A program made the translations under genes and the position numbers. Shown here one piece after another: positions 1 through 12,365 of a stretch of DNA of 64,000 bases. Source of the DNA: Mobula hypostoma (Eukaryota); contig NC_086107.1 of the NCBI RefSeq assembly GCF_963921235.1, positions 114,330,001-114,394,000 on the forward strand, written 5' to 3'. The stretch's first letter is position 1; each line of letters opens with the position of its first letter. The notes beneath the pieces were generated by a model, which saw only the letters and a list, made by a program, of their open reading frames with translations, did no database searches and was not told the DNA's origin.

Positions 1-582
1 TACTCAATGCTATAAAACAACAAATAAAATAAATAAACAATAAATAAAATCAAGTAACCAGCCAGTACAAGCAACGTCCAGCAGTACAAAAGCACAACTC
101 AGATACATGACAGCCATAAAACCATATTAAAGTGGCAATATAACAAATTTATGGATGATGCTTGATCGATTGGTTCAGAGCAATTATAGCTCTGGGGAAA
201 AAGCTATTTTTCAGTCTGGAAGTGCGGGCATAGAAAATCTTATCAAGTCTGCCAGACGTAAGAAGCTCAAACAGATGATTGCATGGGTGTGTATTGTCCT
301 TACAGATGCTTGTAGCTTTCCTTAGGCAGCGAGAGCTGTAGGTGTCCTCCAGGGCTGGGAGCTGTGTCCCAAAAATCTTCTGTACGCTAGAGACAACCCG
401 CTGAAGTGCTTTCCTATCAGCTGCTGTACAACCGAGATACCACACAGAGATGCAGTATGTTAAGATGCTCTCTATGGTGCAGTGGTAAAAGGTCACCAGC
501 ATCTGTTCAGGTAGACCAGCTTTCTTCAGCGTCCTGAGGAAAAACAAGCATTGCTGTGATTTCTTAACTACTGTTGTGGTGT
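1..582 (-). mobile_element. 3' fragment of a non-LTR retrotransposon (Rex1/Babar- or L2-like C-terminal region)
   Basis: ORF 149..547(-) has FFLRTLKK...FYHCTIESILTYCISVWY...RLKNSFFPRAI, the C-terminal motif set typical of these LINEs; related fragments recur across the window. Confidence 0.75.
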
Positions 583-589
583 TAGTGGA

Positions 590-735
590 CCATGGATAGA
601 TAGCTAGAGAAATAGAAAGAGAGAGATAGATAGATAAAGATAGACAGAGAGATAGATATAGATAGAAATAGAGAGAGGGTGAGATGGATAGAGAGAGTGA
701 TAAAGATAGATGAAAGAGGGGGTGGAGAGAGATGA
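590..735. repeat. GA/GATA-rich microsatellite
   Basis: Runs of GATA/GAGA. Confidence 0.85.
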
Positions 736-797
736 GGGTCTGGGGGAGTGAAGGAGGGTCCGTACATGAACTGACAGAGTTTCTGAAACTCTCTCAG

Positions 798-960
798 GTT
801 GCAGGCGGGAAGACCCTAGTCACGTGCTCGCTCCGCCCCACAGGAATCTACGGAGAGGGTAACCCCATCATGGCAAAGGTGTATCAGATGATTATGAGCT
901 TCGGCGGCTGGAGGCTGCGGCTGGCAGGGAAGGGGGTGGAGCACGCGAGAGTTTACGTGG
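798..960 (+). CDS. HSD3B7: 3-beta-hydroxysteroid dehydrogenase type 7-like, penultimate coding exon (163 nt, phase 0 to 1)
   Basis: ctctcAG acceptor at 796-797 and GTGAGT donor at 961; encodes VAGGKTLVTCSLRPTGIYGEGNPIM...VEHARVYVG, matching the HSD3B7 TCALRPTGIYGEG...EHGRVYVG motifs as I recall them. Confidence 0.9.
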
Positions 961-1121
961 GTGAGTACTGGCCGATCAGGGAAACCCTGTCCTGTGCCCC
1001 GCCTCTGACTCACCATTCTTCCCCCCCCCCCCACTCCCGGGAGCAGGCTTCAACATCGTCCTCTTCCCCACTCCCCCGGGACTGGGTGTCAGACACACCA
1101 TCTCCTCGGGGCCCCTGAGAA

Positions 1122-1931
1122 AGGCAATGATCCCATCTCTGCCCTCTCGGCCCACAGGCAATGATCCCATCTTTGTCCTCTCTGCCCACAGGCAATGACC
1201 CATCTCTGCCCTCTCTGCCCACAGGCAATGATCCCATCTTTGCCCTCTCTGCCCACAGGCAATGACCTATCTCTGCCCTCTCTGCCCACAGGCAATGACC
1301 CATCTCTGCCAACAGGCAATGACCCATCTCTGCCCTCTCTGCCCAAAGGCAATGATCCCATCTTTGCCCTCTCTGCCCACAGGCAATGACCCATCTCTGC
1401 CCTCTCTGCCCAAAGGCAATGATCCCATCTTTGCCCTCTCTGCCCACAGGCAATGACCTATCTCTGCCCACAGGCAATGACCCATCTCTGCCAACAGGCA
1501 ATGACCCATCTCTGCCTTCTCTGCCCAAAGGCAATGATCCCATCTTTGCCCTCTCTGCCCACAGGCAATGACCCATCTCTGCCCACAGACAATGACCCAT
1601 CTCTGCCAACAGGCAATGACCCATCTCTGCCCTCTCTGCCCACAGGCAATGACTCATCTCTGCCCTCTCTGCCCAAAGGCAATGATCCCATCTCTGCCCT
1701 CTCTGCCCACAGGCAATGACCCATCTCTGCCAACAGGCAATGACCCATCTCTGCCCCCTCTGCCCACAGGCAATGATCCCACCTCTGCCCTCTCTGCCAC
1801 AGGCAATGACCCATCTCTGCCCACAGGCAATGATCCCATCTCTGCCCTCTCTGCCCACAGGCAATGATCCCACCTCTGCCCTCTCTGCCCACAGGCAATG
1901 ACCCATCTCTGCCCTCTCTGCCCACAGGCAA
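1122..1931 (+). repeat. Intronic minisatellite, about 26 units of 24/33/34 bp, built from the HSD3B7 3' splice site
   Basis: Unit GCAATGA(T)CCCATCTCTGCCCTCTCTGCCCACAG; the last unit is the real acceptor. Confidence 0.95.
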
Positions 1932-2346
1932 CGTTGCGTGGATGCACGTGCTGGCAGCCCGCGCCCTCCAGCAGACACCCGCCATTGTGGGCGGTGAGGT
2001 CTACTTCTGCTATGACGACTCGCCCTACCTGTGCTACGAGGATTTCGACGCGCTGTTTCTGGGCCCGGTCGGAGTTCAGCTGATCGGACGGACCCCTCTG
2101 CTTCCTTACTGGGCCCTGTATCTGCTGGCACTGCTGGGCGAGGGTCTGCACTTCCTGATGCGGCCACTGGCCAGGAAGGAGATCATCTTCAACCGCTACA
2201 CCCTGGCCATGATCACCACCTCCTTCAGCGTGCACACCAACAAGGCCGCCCGTCACTTTGGTTACAGCCCACTGGTGCCCTGGGCACAGAGCTGGGTCCG
2301 AACCCTCGACTGGGTCCAAACCCTGGCAGGGACACATGTCGGGTAG
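1928..2346 (+). CDS. HSD3B7: 3-beta-hydroxysteroid dehydrogenase type 7-like, last coding exon
   Basis: cccacAG acceptor at 1926-1927; G|GC joins in frame to (G)NVAWMHVLAARAL...GEVYFCYDDSPY...RHFGYSPL...; TAG at 2344-2346. Confidence 0.9.
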
Positions 2347-2846
2347 CCCCTCGCTCCACACCTCCCTGCGCTTTGGGTTCTGTCTTCTCCCTAAACCGGA
2401 CTCTCCCGACGACAGTACAGCCCTTCACCCGTGATGCAGCGCCAAGCTAATTGGTTAAAGCAAGCGGACTGAACTAAACCCTTCCACCTGCACAATGCCC
2501 CCTTCCCTCTGCTTATCTAAGAGCCTCTAACACCTCTGACATATCTGGTTCCAACGCCTGCCCCAGCACCACATTCCAAGCAGCCACCACACTGTGTGTA
2601 AAGAAGAACGTATCACCTGCATCTCCTTCAAACTTTCTCCCTTTTGCTTTAAATGCACATCCTCTATTTCTTGACATTTCTACCCTGGGGTAGAAATACT
2701 GTCTTTCATGTTCTTATAAACCTCAATCAGGTCTCCCCTCACCTTCTACCTAGAAAACAACCCTAGTCTTCCCCCCCCCCCCACCACCCCACTTGTAGCT
2801 CACGCTCTCTAATCCAGGCAGCATCCTAGTGAACATCTTCTGCATC

Positions 2847-2943
2847 CTCTCCAAAGCCCCCACACCCTCTCCAAAGCCCCCATACCCTCTCCAAAGCCCC
2901 CACACACTCTCCAAAGCCCCCACACACTCTCCAAAGCCCCCAC
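2847..2943. repeat. 20-bp tandem repeat (about 5 copies) inside a decayed minus-strand CR1 fragment
   Basis: CTCTCCAAAGCCCCCACAC(A/C) at 20-bp spacing; flanks resemble CR1 (ccaggcagcatcct..gtgaac). Confidence 0.85.
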
Positions 2944-3230
2944 GCCTACCTGCAATGGGACAACCAATACTTTGGGTGCGGACTGACCAGTGTTATACAG
3001 CTGTAAGTTAAAGTCCAACTCTTGAACTCAAGTGTCTCAACTGATAAAAGCAAACATGCCACACTTTATTGCTTGGCAGCATCACGGCCTGGTGTGGAAA
3101 CACTAATGCCCTTGAACGGAAAATCCTACAAGAAGTAGTGGATATGGCCCAGTCCATCACGGGTAAAGCCCTCCCCACCATTGAGCACATCTGCACAGAG
3201 CATTGTCGCAGGAAAGCAGCATCCATCATC

Positions 3231-4240
3231 AGTCATAGTCATAGTCATAGTCATACTTTATTGATCTTGGGGGAAATTGGTTTTCCTTACAGTTGCACCA
3301 TAAATAATAAATAGTAATAGAACCATAAATAGTTAAATAGTAATATGTAAATTATGCCAGTAAATTATGAAATAAATCCAGGACCAGGCTCAGGGTATCT
3401 GACCCTCCACGGGAGGAGTTGTAAAGTTTGATGGCCACAGGCAGGAATGACTTCCTATGACGCTCTGTGTTGCATCTCGGTGGAATGAGTCTCTGGCTGA
3501 ATGTACTCCTGTGCCCAACCAGTACATTATGTAGTGGATGGGAGACATTGTCCAAGATGGCATGAAACTTAGACAGCATCCTCTTTTCAGACACCACCGT
3601 CAGAGAGTCCAGTTCCATCCCCACAATATCACCAGCCTTACGGATGAGTTTGTTGGTTCTGTTGGTGTCTACTACCCTCAGCCTGCTGCCCCAGCACACA
3701 ACAGCAAACATGATAGCACTGGCCACCACAGACTCGTAGAACATCCTCAGCATCGTCTGGCAGATGTTAAAGGACCTCAGTCTCCTCAGGAAATAGAGAC
3801 GGCTCTGACCCTTCTTGTGGACAGCCTCAGTGTTCTTTGACCAGTCCAGTTTATTGTCAATTCGTATCCCCAGGTATTTGTAATCTGCCACCATGTCCAC
3901 ACTGACCTCCTGGATGGAAACAGGGGTCACCGGTACCTTAGCTCTCCTCAGGTCTACCACCAGCTCCTTAGTCTTTTTCACATTAAGCTGCAGATAATTC
4001 TGCTCACACCATGTGACAAAGTTTCCTACCGTAGCCCTGTACTCAGCCTCATTTCCCTTGCTGATGCATCCAACTATGGCAGAGTCATCCGAAAACTCCT
4101 GAAGATGACAAGACTCTGTGCAGTAGTTGAAGTCCGAGGTGTAAATGGTGAAGAGAAAGAGAGACAAGACAGTCCCCTGTGGAGCCCCAGTGCTGCTGAT
4201 CACTCTGTCGGACACACAGTGTTGCAAGCACACTTACTGT
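3231..4240 (-). mobile_element. 5'-truncated Rex1/Babar-like LINE (RT C-terminal half) nested in an older LINE 3' fragment
   Basis: ORF 3352..4233(-) has GAPQGTVLS, EFSDDSAIVG and YKYLG; (GACTAT)n tail at 3231-3254; host sequence ...gcatccatcatc / gggacacccacc... resumes on both sides. Confidence 0.85.
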
Positions 4241-5329
4241 GGGACACCCACCACACAGGCCATGCTCTCTCCTCGCTTGTGCCATCATGAAGAAGGTACA
4301 GGAGCCTCAGGATTCACACCACCAGGTTCAGGAGCAGTTACTACCCCTCAACCATCAGGCTTTTGAACCAAAGCAGCTACTTCACTTGTTCCATCATTGA
4401 AATGCTTCCACAACCCAATGGACTCACTTTCAAGGACTCTTCATCTCATGCTCTCAATATTTGCTGCTTATTTATTTATTATTATTATTTATTTTTATAT
4501 TTGCTGAGTTTATTTTCTTTCACACTGGTTGAATGCCCAAGTTGGCGTGGTCTTTCATTGATCCTATAATGGTTATTGTTAGGGATTTACTGAGAATGCC
4601 CACAATAAAGTTAATCTGAACTCCTCCATCCTGATCAAAAAGGCACAACAGTGCCTTTATTTCCTGCAGAGCATCAAGAAAGCTCACCTCTGTCCCAGGA
4701 TACTGACGGACTTTTACTGCTGTACCATTGAGAGCATACTCACCAACTGCATCTCAGTGTGGTATGGCAATTGTCCCGTATCGGACCGCAAAGCACTCCA
4801 GCGTGTGGTGAAAACTGCCCAGTGGATTATTGGCACCCAATTGCCCTTCTTTCCCCTTCCTTTCCAGTCCTGAAGAAAGGTTTCGGCTGAAACATCGACT
4901 GTTTATTCCTCTCCATAGATGCTGCCTGACCTGCTGAGTTCCTCCAGCATTTTGTTTGTGTTGCTCTGGATTTCCAGCACCTGCAGAATTTATTGTGTTT
5001 GTGGACAGTGCTAAACCCGGCTGTGAGAGGAGAAGGATTGGGTATGGGGCAAGCATCTCCATCTGGAGATTATTTTCTTACAGAACCATTCACAGTAGAA
5101 CAAAGAAATACAATAGAATCAATGAAAAGCTACACACAGAGACTGACTGACAAGCAAACAATGTGAAAACGAAGACGAACTTGCAAATACACAAATATAA
5201 ACAAATAAATAAATCATTAATTAATTAATCAATTAAATGGTAAGTGGTAAAGTCTTTGAAAGTGAGTTTATGGGTTGTGCAATCAGTTCAGTGTTGAGGT
5301 GAGTGAAGTTATCCACACTGGTTTAGGAG

Positions 5330-5910
5330 CCTGATGGTTGAGGGGTGATAACTGTTCCTGAACCTGGTGGTGTGGGACCTGATGGTTGAGGGGTGATAAC
5401 TGTTCCTGAACCTGGTGGTGTGGGACCTGATGGTTGAGGGGTGATAACTGCTCCTGAACCTGGTGGTGTGGGACCTGATGGTTGAGGGGTGATAACTGCT
5501 CCTGAACCTGGTGGTGTGGGACCTGATGGTTGAGGGGTGATAACTGTTCCTGAACCTGGTGGTGTGGGACCTGATGGTTGAGGGGTGATAACTGCTCCTG
5601 AACCTGGTGGTGTGGGACCTGATGGTTGAGGGGTGATAACTGCTCCTGAACCTGGTGGTGTGGGACCTGATGGTTGAGGGGTGATAACTGCTCCTGAACC
5701 TGGTGGTGTGGGACCTGATATTTGAGGGGTGATAACTGTTCCTGAACCTGGTGGTGTGGGACCTGATATTTGAGGGGTGATAACTGTTCCTGAACCTGGT
5801 GGTGTGGGACCTGATGGTTGAGGGGTGATAACTGTTCCTGAACCTGGTGGTGTGGGACCTGATGGTTGAGGGGTGATAACTGTTCCTGAACCTGGTGGTG
5901 TGGGACCTGA
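5330..5910. repeat. 48-bp minisatellite, 12 copies, derived from a LINE 3' region
   Basis: Unit CCTGATGGTTGAGGGGTGATAACTGTTCCTGAACCTGGTGGTGTGGGA x12 (5330-5905); single-copy homologues at about 4315-4360(-) and 15565-15605. Confidence 0.95.
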
Positions 5911-7129
5911 GGTTTCTGTGTGTCCTATCCGAAGGCAGCAGTGGGAAGAGAGCATGATCTGGGTGGTGGGTGTTGTTTGATGCTGGTTGCTGCTTTCTTG
6001 TGGCTCCATTCCTTTAGATGTGCTCAGTGGTGGAAGGGCTCACCCGGAGATGTACTGGGCAGTATCCACTACTTCTTATAGACTTATCCGTTGCTGGGTA
6101 TTGGTGTTTCCGCATCAGGCTGTGATGCAACCAGCCAGCATACTCTCCACTTGCATCCATAGTTTGTCAGATGGCACACCAAAACTGAGCAAACTCAGAA
6201 GAATGCAGAGACACTGCCATGGCTTCATTGTAAGGGCATTTACCTGCTTTCCCCAAGGAATTTAAAGCTGCTGATGGTCTTCAACTCTGTAAACCCTCCC
6301 TTCCCTGCAACTCCCCCCCATCTCTGTAACCCCCTCCCCATCTGTTTAAGGGATCTATCCAATGTTTTAAATGTACTGTCATACTGAAAAAACAATAAAT
6401 AATATTTAAAGTTGTGACCATCAAGCAAAGGGCACAGTACTTCAGCTTATCCTCCGAATGTGTTGATTACATAAGGAGCATTCCCCAAGCTGACTGTTTT
6501 AAATTAACCTTGACACACGCGAAGGAATCTTGTCCTCTTTTGTTTAATTGGAGAAAGGGTTTATTGCAAAACCTGGCCTGGATTAGCAGAATGTCCCCAT
6601 GGAATGGATTAGTGCAAAGACCTAGTCATTTCCAGAGAAATGGGGTTGCTCAGATATTAATGGATGTGGGGGCTGGAGGAGGGGATTACAGAGATATAGA
6701 GGGATGTTGGGAAGAGAGGGATTACAGAGACAGGGAGAGCTGTAGGGGAGGGAGGGTGGTGGTTTGGAACCAGAAGGGTTACAGAGACAGGGAGGGAGGG
6801 GGGTCACAGAGACAGGGAGTTATATAGGAGAGGAAGGGTGTTACAGAAACAGGGAGGGAGGGTCATGGAGCTTTTGAAGTTATAAAGTGATACAGTATAT
6901 CTGTGAGGACTTTAGCCCTGGCATGAGAGGAAGGCAAGTTCCAGTTCTGCTCATTAAGTATTAATTAATTCTTGGTGTTCTTGATTATCCAGATATAACC
7001 ACACCCAAACTCATCTGACTGTGTTGTTGGAGGAGCATGCTTCATACACAGGATATTACAGAGTATTGATATGAACACTGTTTTTCATCTAAAGCTAAGA
7101 CGTACTGCTGTGGGAATGTTTGACACTGG

Positions 7130-9185
7130 AGTTAGATCCACTCAGTGGATCTTGAGTGTGGGAAGAGGCTCCACCCCGTCCAGCACATCGAATAAAGATG
7201 TGACTGCAACGCTATCTCTGGAGGTCCAACACCATCCCCTTTGACCCTCCCCTCTGCTCTGTCCTCAGTCAGGGCCGCACCTTTGTCCCTCTGCGCCCGC
7301 ACCTCAGTGAGTTCCACGCCTGCCACGGTGTCGAACACGCCATCCGTCACCGGCATCTGCAAGCCTACTCCTTAGACAAGGGTTCGCCAGCACTGTCCTG
7401 TCTTCATCCCTCCTCCTCTTCCTGGACACGCTGCTCTAGCCCTTTTCATCTGAGACATCAACCATCTCGACTTCAGCACTCCCCTCTCCAATGTAAACCC
7501 TACCCCCTCTGAACACACTGCCCTCCACTCTCTGCGCACCAATCCCAAACCCGCACAAAACAGGATGCCCTCAACCTTGCTGAGGCCAAGTGGCAACTCT
7601 CAGGCACCTCCTCTTACTTACCCTTTAAAAAGGATCTCGCTCAGCACGATCAGAACACCACACCATTACCAACCTCATCAACCCTGGAACTCTCCCAACA
7701 CTACCACCAGCCTCGTAGTTTCCTTGCCCTAACTCCTACCCAAGATCCACAAACCTGACTGTCTGGATAGTCTACTCTTGCCCCACTTAACCCAAGCCAC
7801 ATACCCTGACTCTATTTTGTTCCCCTTTGATTCGGTGCCCTCTGACCAAGACCCAAGACACTTCTCATGCTCTCGATCTCCTCACTAACTTTCAATTCCC
7901 TGGCCCTGACCACCTTATTTTCACCATGGATGTCCAACCCCTACACCCTTCTATTCCCCATCAGGAAGGCCTTAAAGCTCTCTGTTTCTTTCTAGACCAC
8001 AGACCAAACTAGTTTCCCTCCTCTGTCTGGTGAAACTGGTCCTCGCTTTCAACAGTTTCTCCCTAGACACCTTCCACTTTCTCCGGACCCAAGGGGTAGC
8101 CGTGGAACACACATGGGTCCCAGCTACGTGGGACACTCCATGTTCCAAGCCTACACTGTACTGCTTCCCAACTCTTTCTGCACGACATTGATGCCTGCAT
8201 TGGTGCTGCTTCATGCACCCGTGTTGAGTTCGTTGACTTCATCAACTTTGACACTAACTTCCACCCTGCCCTTAAATTTACTTGGTCCATCTCTAACACC
8301 TCTCTCCCCTTTCCCAGTTTCTCCTTATCCACCTCTGGAAGCATACTGTCTACTGATATCTTTTATAAACCCACTTACTCTCACATCTATCTTGACTATA
8401 CCTCTTTGCTATCCCCTTTCCTCTGCCTCCACTCCATATGCTCCCAGGACGAGGCTTTCCATTCCAGAATATCCTCCTCCTTCAAAGAACAGGGTTTCTC
8501 TTCCTTCACCATTGATGCTGCCCTCTCCCATGTCTCCTCAATTTCCCAGATACCTGCCTTCACTCCATCCTCCTGCCACCACAGAGTTCCCCTTGTCCTT
8601 ACCTACCACCCCACAAGCCGTGACACTCAGCACATCATTCTCCTCAACTTTCACCATCTTCAATAGGATCCAACCACCAAACACATCTTTACTTCCCCCC
8701 AGCCTCCACACTCCACTCTATGCAGGGATCGCTCTGTCCGTGACTCCCGGTATAATCGGATCACTTGTCCACCGATCTCCCTCCTGGTGTTTACTCCTGC
8801 AAGTGGAAAAAGTGCTACACCTGCCCACTCACGTTCCCCCATCATCGTTCAGAGCCCCTAACAGTCCTTCTAGACAAGACAACACTTCACCTGCAAGTCT
8901 GTTAGGGTCGTCTGCTGTATCCAGTGTTGCTGGTGTGGCCTCCTCAACATTGGTCAGACCCAATGGGATAGATTGGGATACTGCTTTGTAGAGCCCCTTC
9001 ACTCCATCCACAACAGGCAGGATTTCCTGGTGACCAACCATTTTCATTCCAATCCCCTTCCCCATTCTGAAATGTCGGTCCATGGCCTCCTCCACTGCCA
9101 TGATGAGGCCACTCTCAAAATGGAGGAGCAACGCCTTATGTTCTGTCTGGATAGATTCCAACCTGAAGGCACAAATATCAACTTA
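7130..9185 (+). mobile_element. Degenerate Penelope-like retroelement (RT plus GIY-YIG endonuclease remnants)
   Basis: Frameshifted pieces FTMDVQPLHPSIPHQEGLKAL, MGPSY, RVPLVLTYHP, HFHS...HSEMSVHGLLHC...EEQRLMFCL..FQPEG.NIN. Confidence 0.8.
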
Positions 9186-10240
9186 GTCCAGAAGGTAGGA
9201 GCAAAATTAGACCATCTGGCCCATCAAGTCTGCTCCGCTATTTCATCATGGCTGATCCATTTTCCCCCTTAGCCCCGATCTCCTGCCTTCATGCCCTGAC
9301 CAATCAAGAATCTATCAACTTCTGCCTTAAGTACACCCAATGACCTGGCCTCCACTGCCAACTGTGGAAACGAATTCTGCAGATTTACCATCCTCTGGCT
9401 AAACAAATTCCTCCTAATCTCCATTCTAGATGAATGGCCTTCTATTCTGAGCCTGAGCCCTCTGGTCTTAGACCTCCCCACCATAGGAAATATCCTCTAC
9501 ACATACAGTCTGTCAAGGCCTTTCAACATTCGATAGTTTTCAATGAGATCCACCTTCTGAATTCCAGAGCCATCAATCTCAGAATCATTTTCATGAACCT
9601 CCTTTGAACCCTCACCAATGTCAGCACATCCCTTCTTAGATAAAACTGCTCACAAGACACCAAGTGAAGCCTCACTGGAGCTTTATAAAGCCTCAACATT
9701 GCATCCTTGTTTTTCTACTCTAGTCCTCTTGAAATGGATGCTAATGGTATTTGCTTTCCTCGCCCCCGATTCAACCTGCAAATTTTCTTTTAGCGAATCC
9801 TGCACGTGGACTTCAAGTCCCGTTGCACCTCAGATTTTTGACTTTTCTCACCATTTAGAACATAGTCAACCCTTTCATTTCTCCTACCAAAGTATATGAC
9901 CATACATTTCCCGACACTGCCCATTCTCCTAATCTGCCTAAATCCGTCTATAGCCTCCCTACTTCTTTAAAACTACCTGCCCCGCCACCTATCTTCGTAT
10001 TGCCTGCAAATTTGGCCTTAAACCCATCAATTCTGTCATCCAAATCATTGACATGTAACGTAAAAAGAAGTGGTCCCAATACAGCTCTCTGTGAAAAACC
10101 ACTAGTCATCGGCAGCCAGCTAGCAAAGACTCCCTTTACTCCCGCTCTTTGCCTCCTTCCAATCAGCCGATGCTCTATCCATGCTAGTGTCTTTCCTGTA
10201 ATACCATGGGCTCTTAACTTGTTTAACAGCCTCCTGTGCT
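9185..10240 (-). mobile_element. Degenerate CR1 LINE 3' fragment
   Basis: ORF pieces HRRLLNKLRAHGI...VLGPLLF...FAGNTKIGG and SKTRGLRLRIEG...FSQRMVNL. Confidence 0.85.
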
Positions 10241-10914
10241 GCACCTTCATCCCCTCTCCCCCTTCTCTCTTTTTCCATTCCCCATTCTGGCTCCTATCTT
10301 ACCCCTTCCCTTCTCCTAACCCGCCCATCGCCTCCCCTCCTCCAACATTTTCTCCCATGCTCCACTCTCCTCTCCAATCAGATTCCTTCTTCAGCCTGTT
10401 AACTCTTCCTCCCACATAGGGTGACTGACAGGAAATGGTAAAGTAGTGCTGGGGGGGGTGTGGAGGGCTGGATTGGTGGGTGGGGATGTTGACCAGCGTT
10501 ACTGCTTTTGGGGAAAGTAACTGTTTTTGAGTCTGGTGGTCCTGGCAAGGATGTTATGTAGTCTCCTCCCTGATGGGAGTGGGACAACAGACCATGAGCA
10601 GGGTGGGTGGGATCTGTCATGATGTTATTGATCTTTTTTCAGCACCTTTCTCTATATACTGTATGTGGATGCAGGTAATGCATTGGGCAGTTTTGACTGC
10701 CTGTTGTTGAGCCTTCCTGACCACTAGAGGGCAGTTTCGTACCAGGCTCTAATGTAGCATGTTAGGACGCTTCCCACTATGCAAAGACACTAAAGCCACA
10801 AAATTCAATTGCATAAATAAATAGAGTGTAAAAGATGAATAACGATCGTGGGTTCATGGACCATTCAGAAATCTGATGACGGGGGGGAAGAAGCTGTTCC
10901 TGAATCATTTAATT

Positions 10915-11565
10915 GCAAATGTGACGTTAGCATTCATTTCGAGAGGACTAGGATATAAGAGCAAGGATGTAACACTGAGGCTTTATAAAGCACTGGTGAG
11001 ACTTCACTTCGAATATTGAGAGCTGTTTCGGGCCCCTTAAAGGATGTGCTGACATTGGAGAGAATTCAAAGGAAGTTCACGAAAATAATTCCAGAATTGA
11101 AAGGCTTGTAATATGAGGAGCATTTGATGACCCTGGGCCTGTACTCACTAGGATTCAGAAGAGTGAGGGGGGGATCTCACTGAAACCTAACAAATCTAGA
11201 AAGGCTTTGTTAGAGTGGATGTGGAGAGGCTGTTTCTGATGGTGGGGGTGCCCAAGAGCAGAGGACACAGCCTCAGAATAGAGGAGCGTCCTTTTAGAAT
11301 GGAGACGAGGAGGAATTTCTTTTAACCAGAGGCTGGTGAATTGGTGGAGTTTGTTACCACAAGTGGCTAGGCAGGCCATGTCATTGGGTATATTTAAGAC
11401 AGGGGTTGATTGATTCTTGATTGGTCAGGGCATGAAGGGATATGAGGAGAAGGCAGGAGATTGGGGCTGAGAGGAAAATCGGATCAGCCATGATGAAATA
11501 GTGGAGCAGACTCGATGGGCCAAATGGCCTAATTCTGCTCTTGTATCTTATGATCTTATGGTCTA
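10915..11565 (+). mobile_element. Degenerate CR1 LINE 3' end
   Basis: Homologous to the ORF2 C-terminus and 3' UTR of the intact CR1 copies; ends ...ggcctaattctgctc...tcttatggtct. Confidence 0.85.
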
Positions 11566-11817
11566 ATTAGAAATGACTTATTATTGTTACACATGCGAGG
11601 ATACAATGAACAACTTGTCTTGCGTACTGTTGACACAGATTAAATCATTACTCAGTGCATTGAGGCAGAACAAGGTAAAACAATAACAATGCAGAATGAA
11701 GTGTAACAACTACAGAGAATGTACGATGCCAGTAAAAAAAAAGGTATAAGATCATAATGACATAGATTGCTCAAGATTCAAGGTACATTTATTATCAACG
11801 TATGTATGCCATATCAA

Positions 11818-12365
11818 GGTTGTTACAGCCGATGGCGTTGGGTATGAGATCCCACTGCCTATTAAATGCTCCCGATGGCGTGCGTCTCAACTAGCCTCTG
11901 ACCACCAAGTCCAGCTCCTGGCCATCACGTGTGGCTTAGCTAGTAAGCCTGGTGGAACAGTTTCTACTGACAGGAGAAGGGGCAAAGGCAGGTGAGTGGC
12001 GCCTTAAAACCAATCGCTTTGGGCAGATGGGGCTCATCAGCCGTGGTTGGCAGCTCGTCTAGGTAAAGGGAAGCTCTGATCTCTTTCGGCTACACCCACT
12101 CATGGGGAAGGCTTTGGAGGTAAACCGCGGGGAAAAATCTGGAGCTGGGGTCCCCAAGGCAGTCCTACAGAGTTCAACGCTGACTGGCAACTCCTGTGAC
12201 GCTGCTGCTGCCAAACCGTATCGGTCTCCGCCGTTCCTTTGGGTTCATCAGATACGTAGAGACGGGGAGCTTTCTACATGGACAACAGCTCACTCTCCGT
12301 ATCGTACTGTCCGGTACTGCTAGAATGCAACATCCATGGTCGACCCTGACTGACGGAGGCCTCAT
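11818..12365 (+). mobile_element. Probable RTE-related non-autonomous retroposon
   Basis: RTE 5'UTR-like motif ggcagctcgtctagg..aagggaagctctga; no coding capacity; recognised from memory only. Confidence 0.4.

Noticed and set aside
1010..2361. Long repetitive ORFs (385 aa, 235 aa and others) over the HSD3B7 intron
   Set aside because: Translations of the minisatellite and of the antisense exon; no independent coding signal
5323..6009. 228-aa mucin-like Pro/Thr/Ser ORF
   Set aside because: Product of the 48-bp LINE-derived tandem repeat
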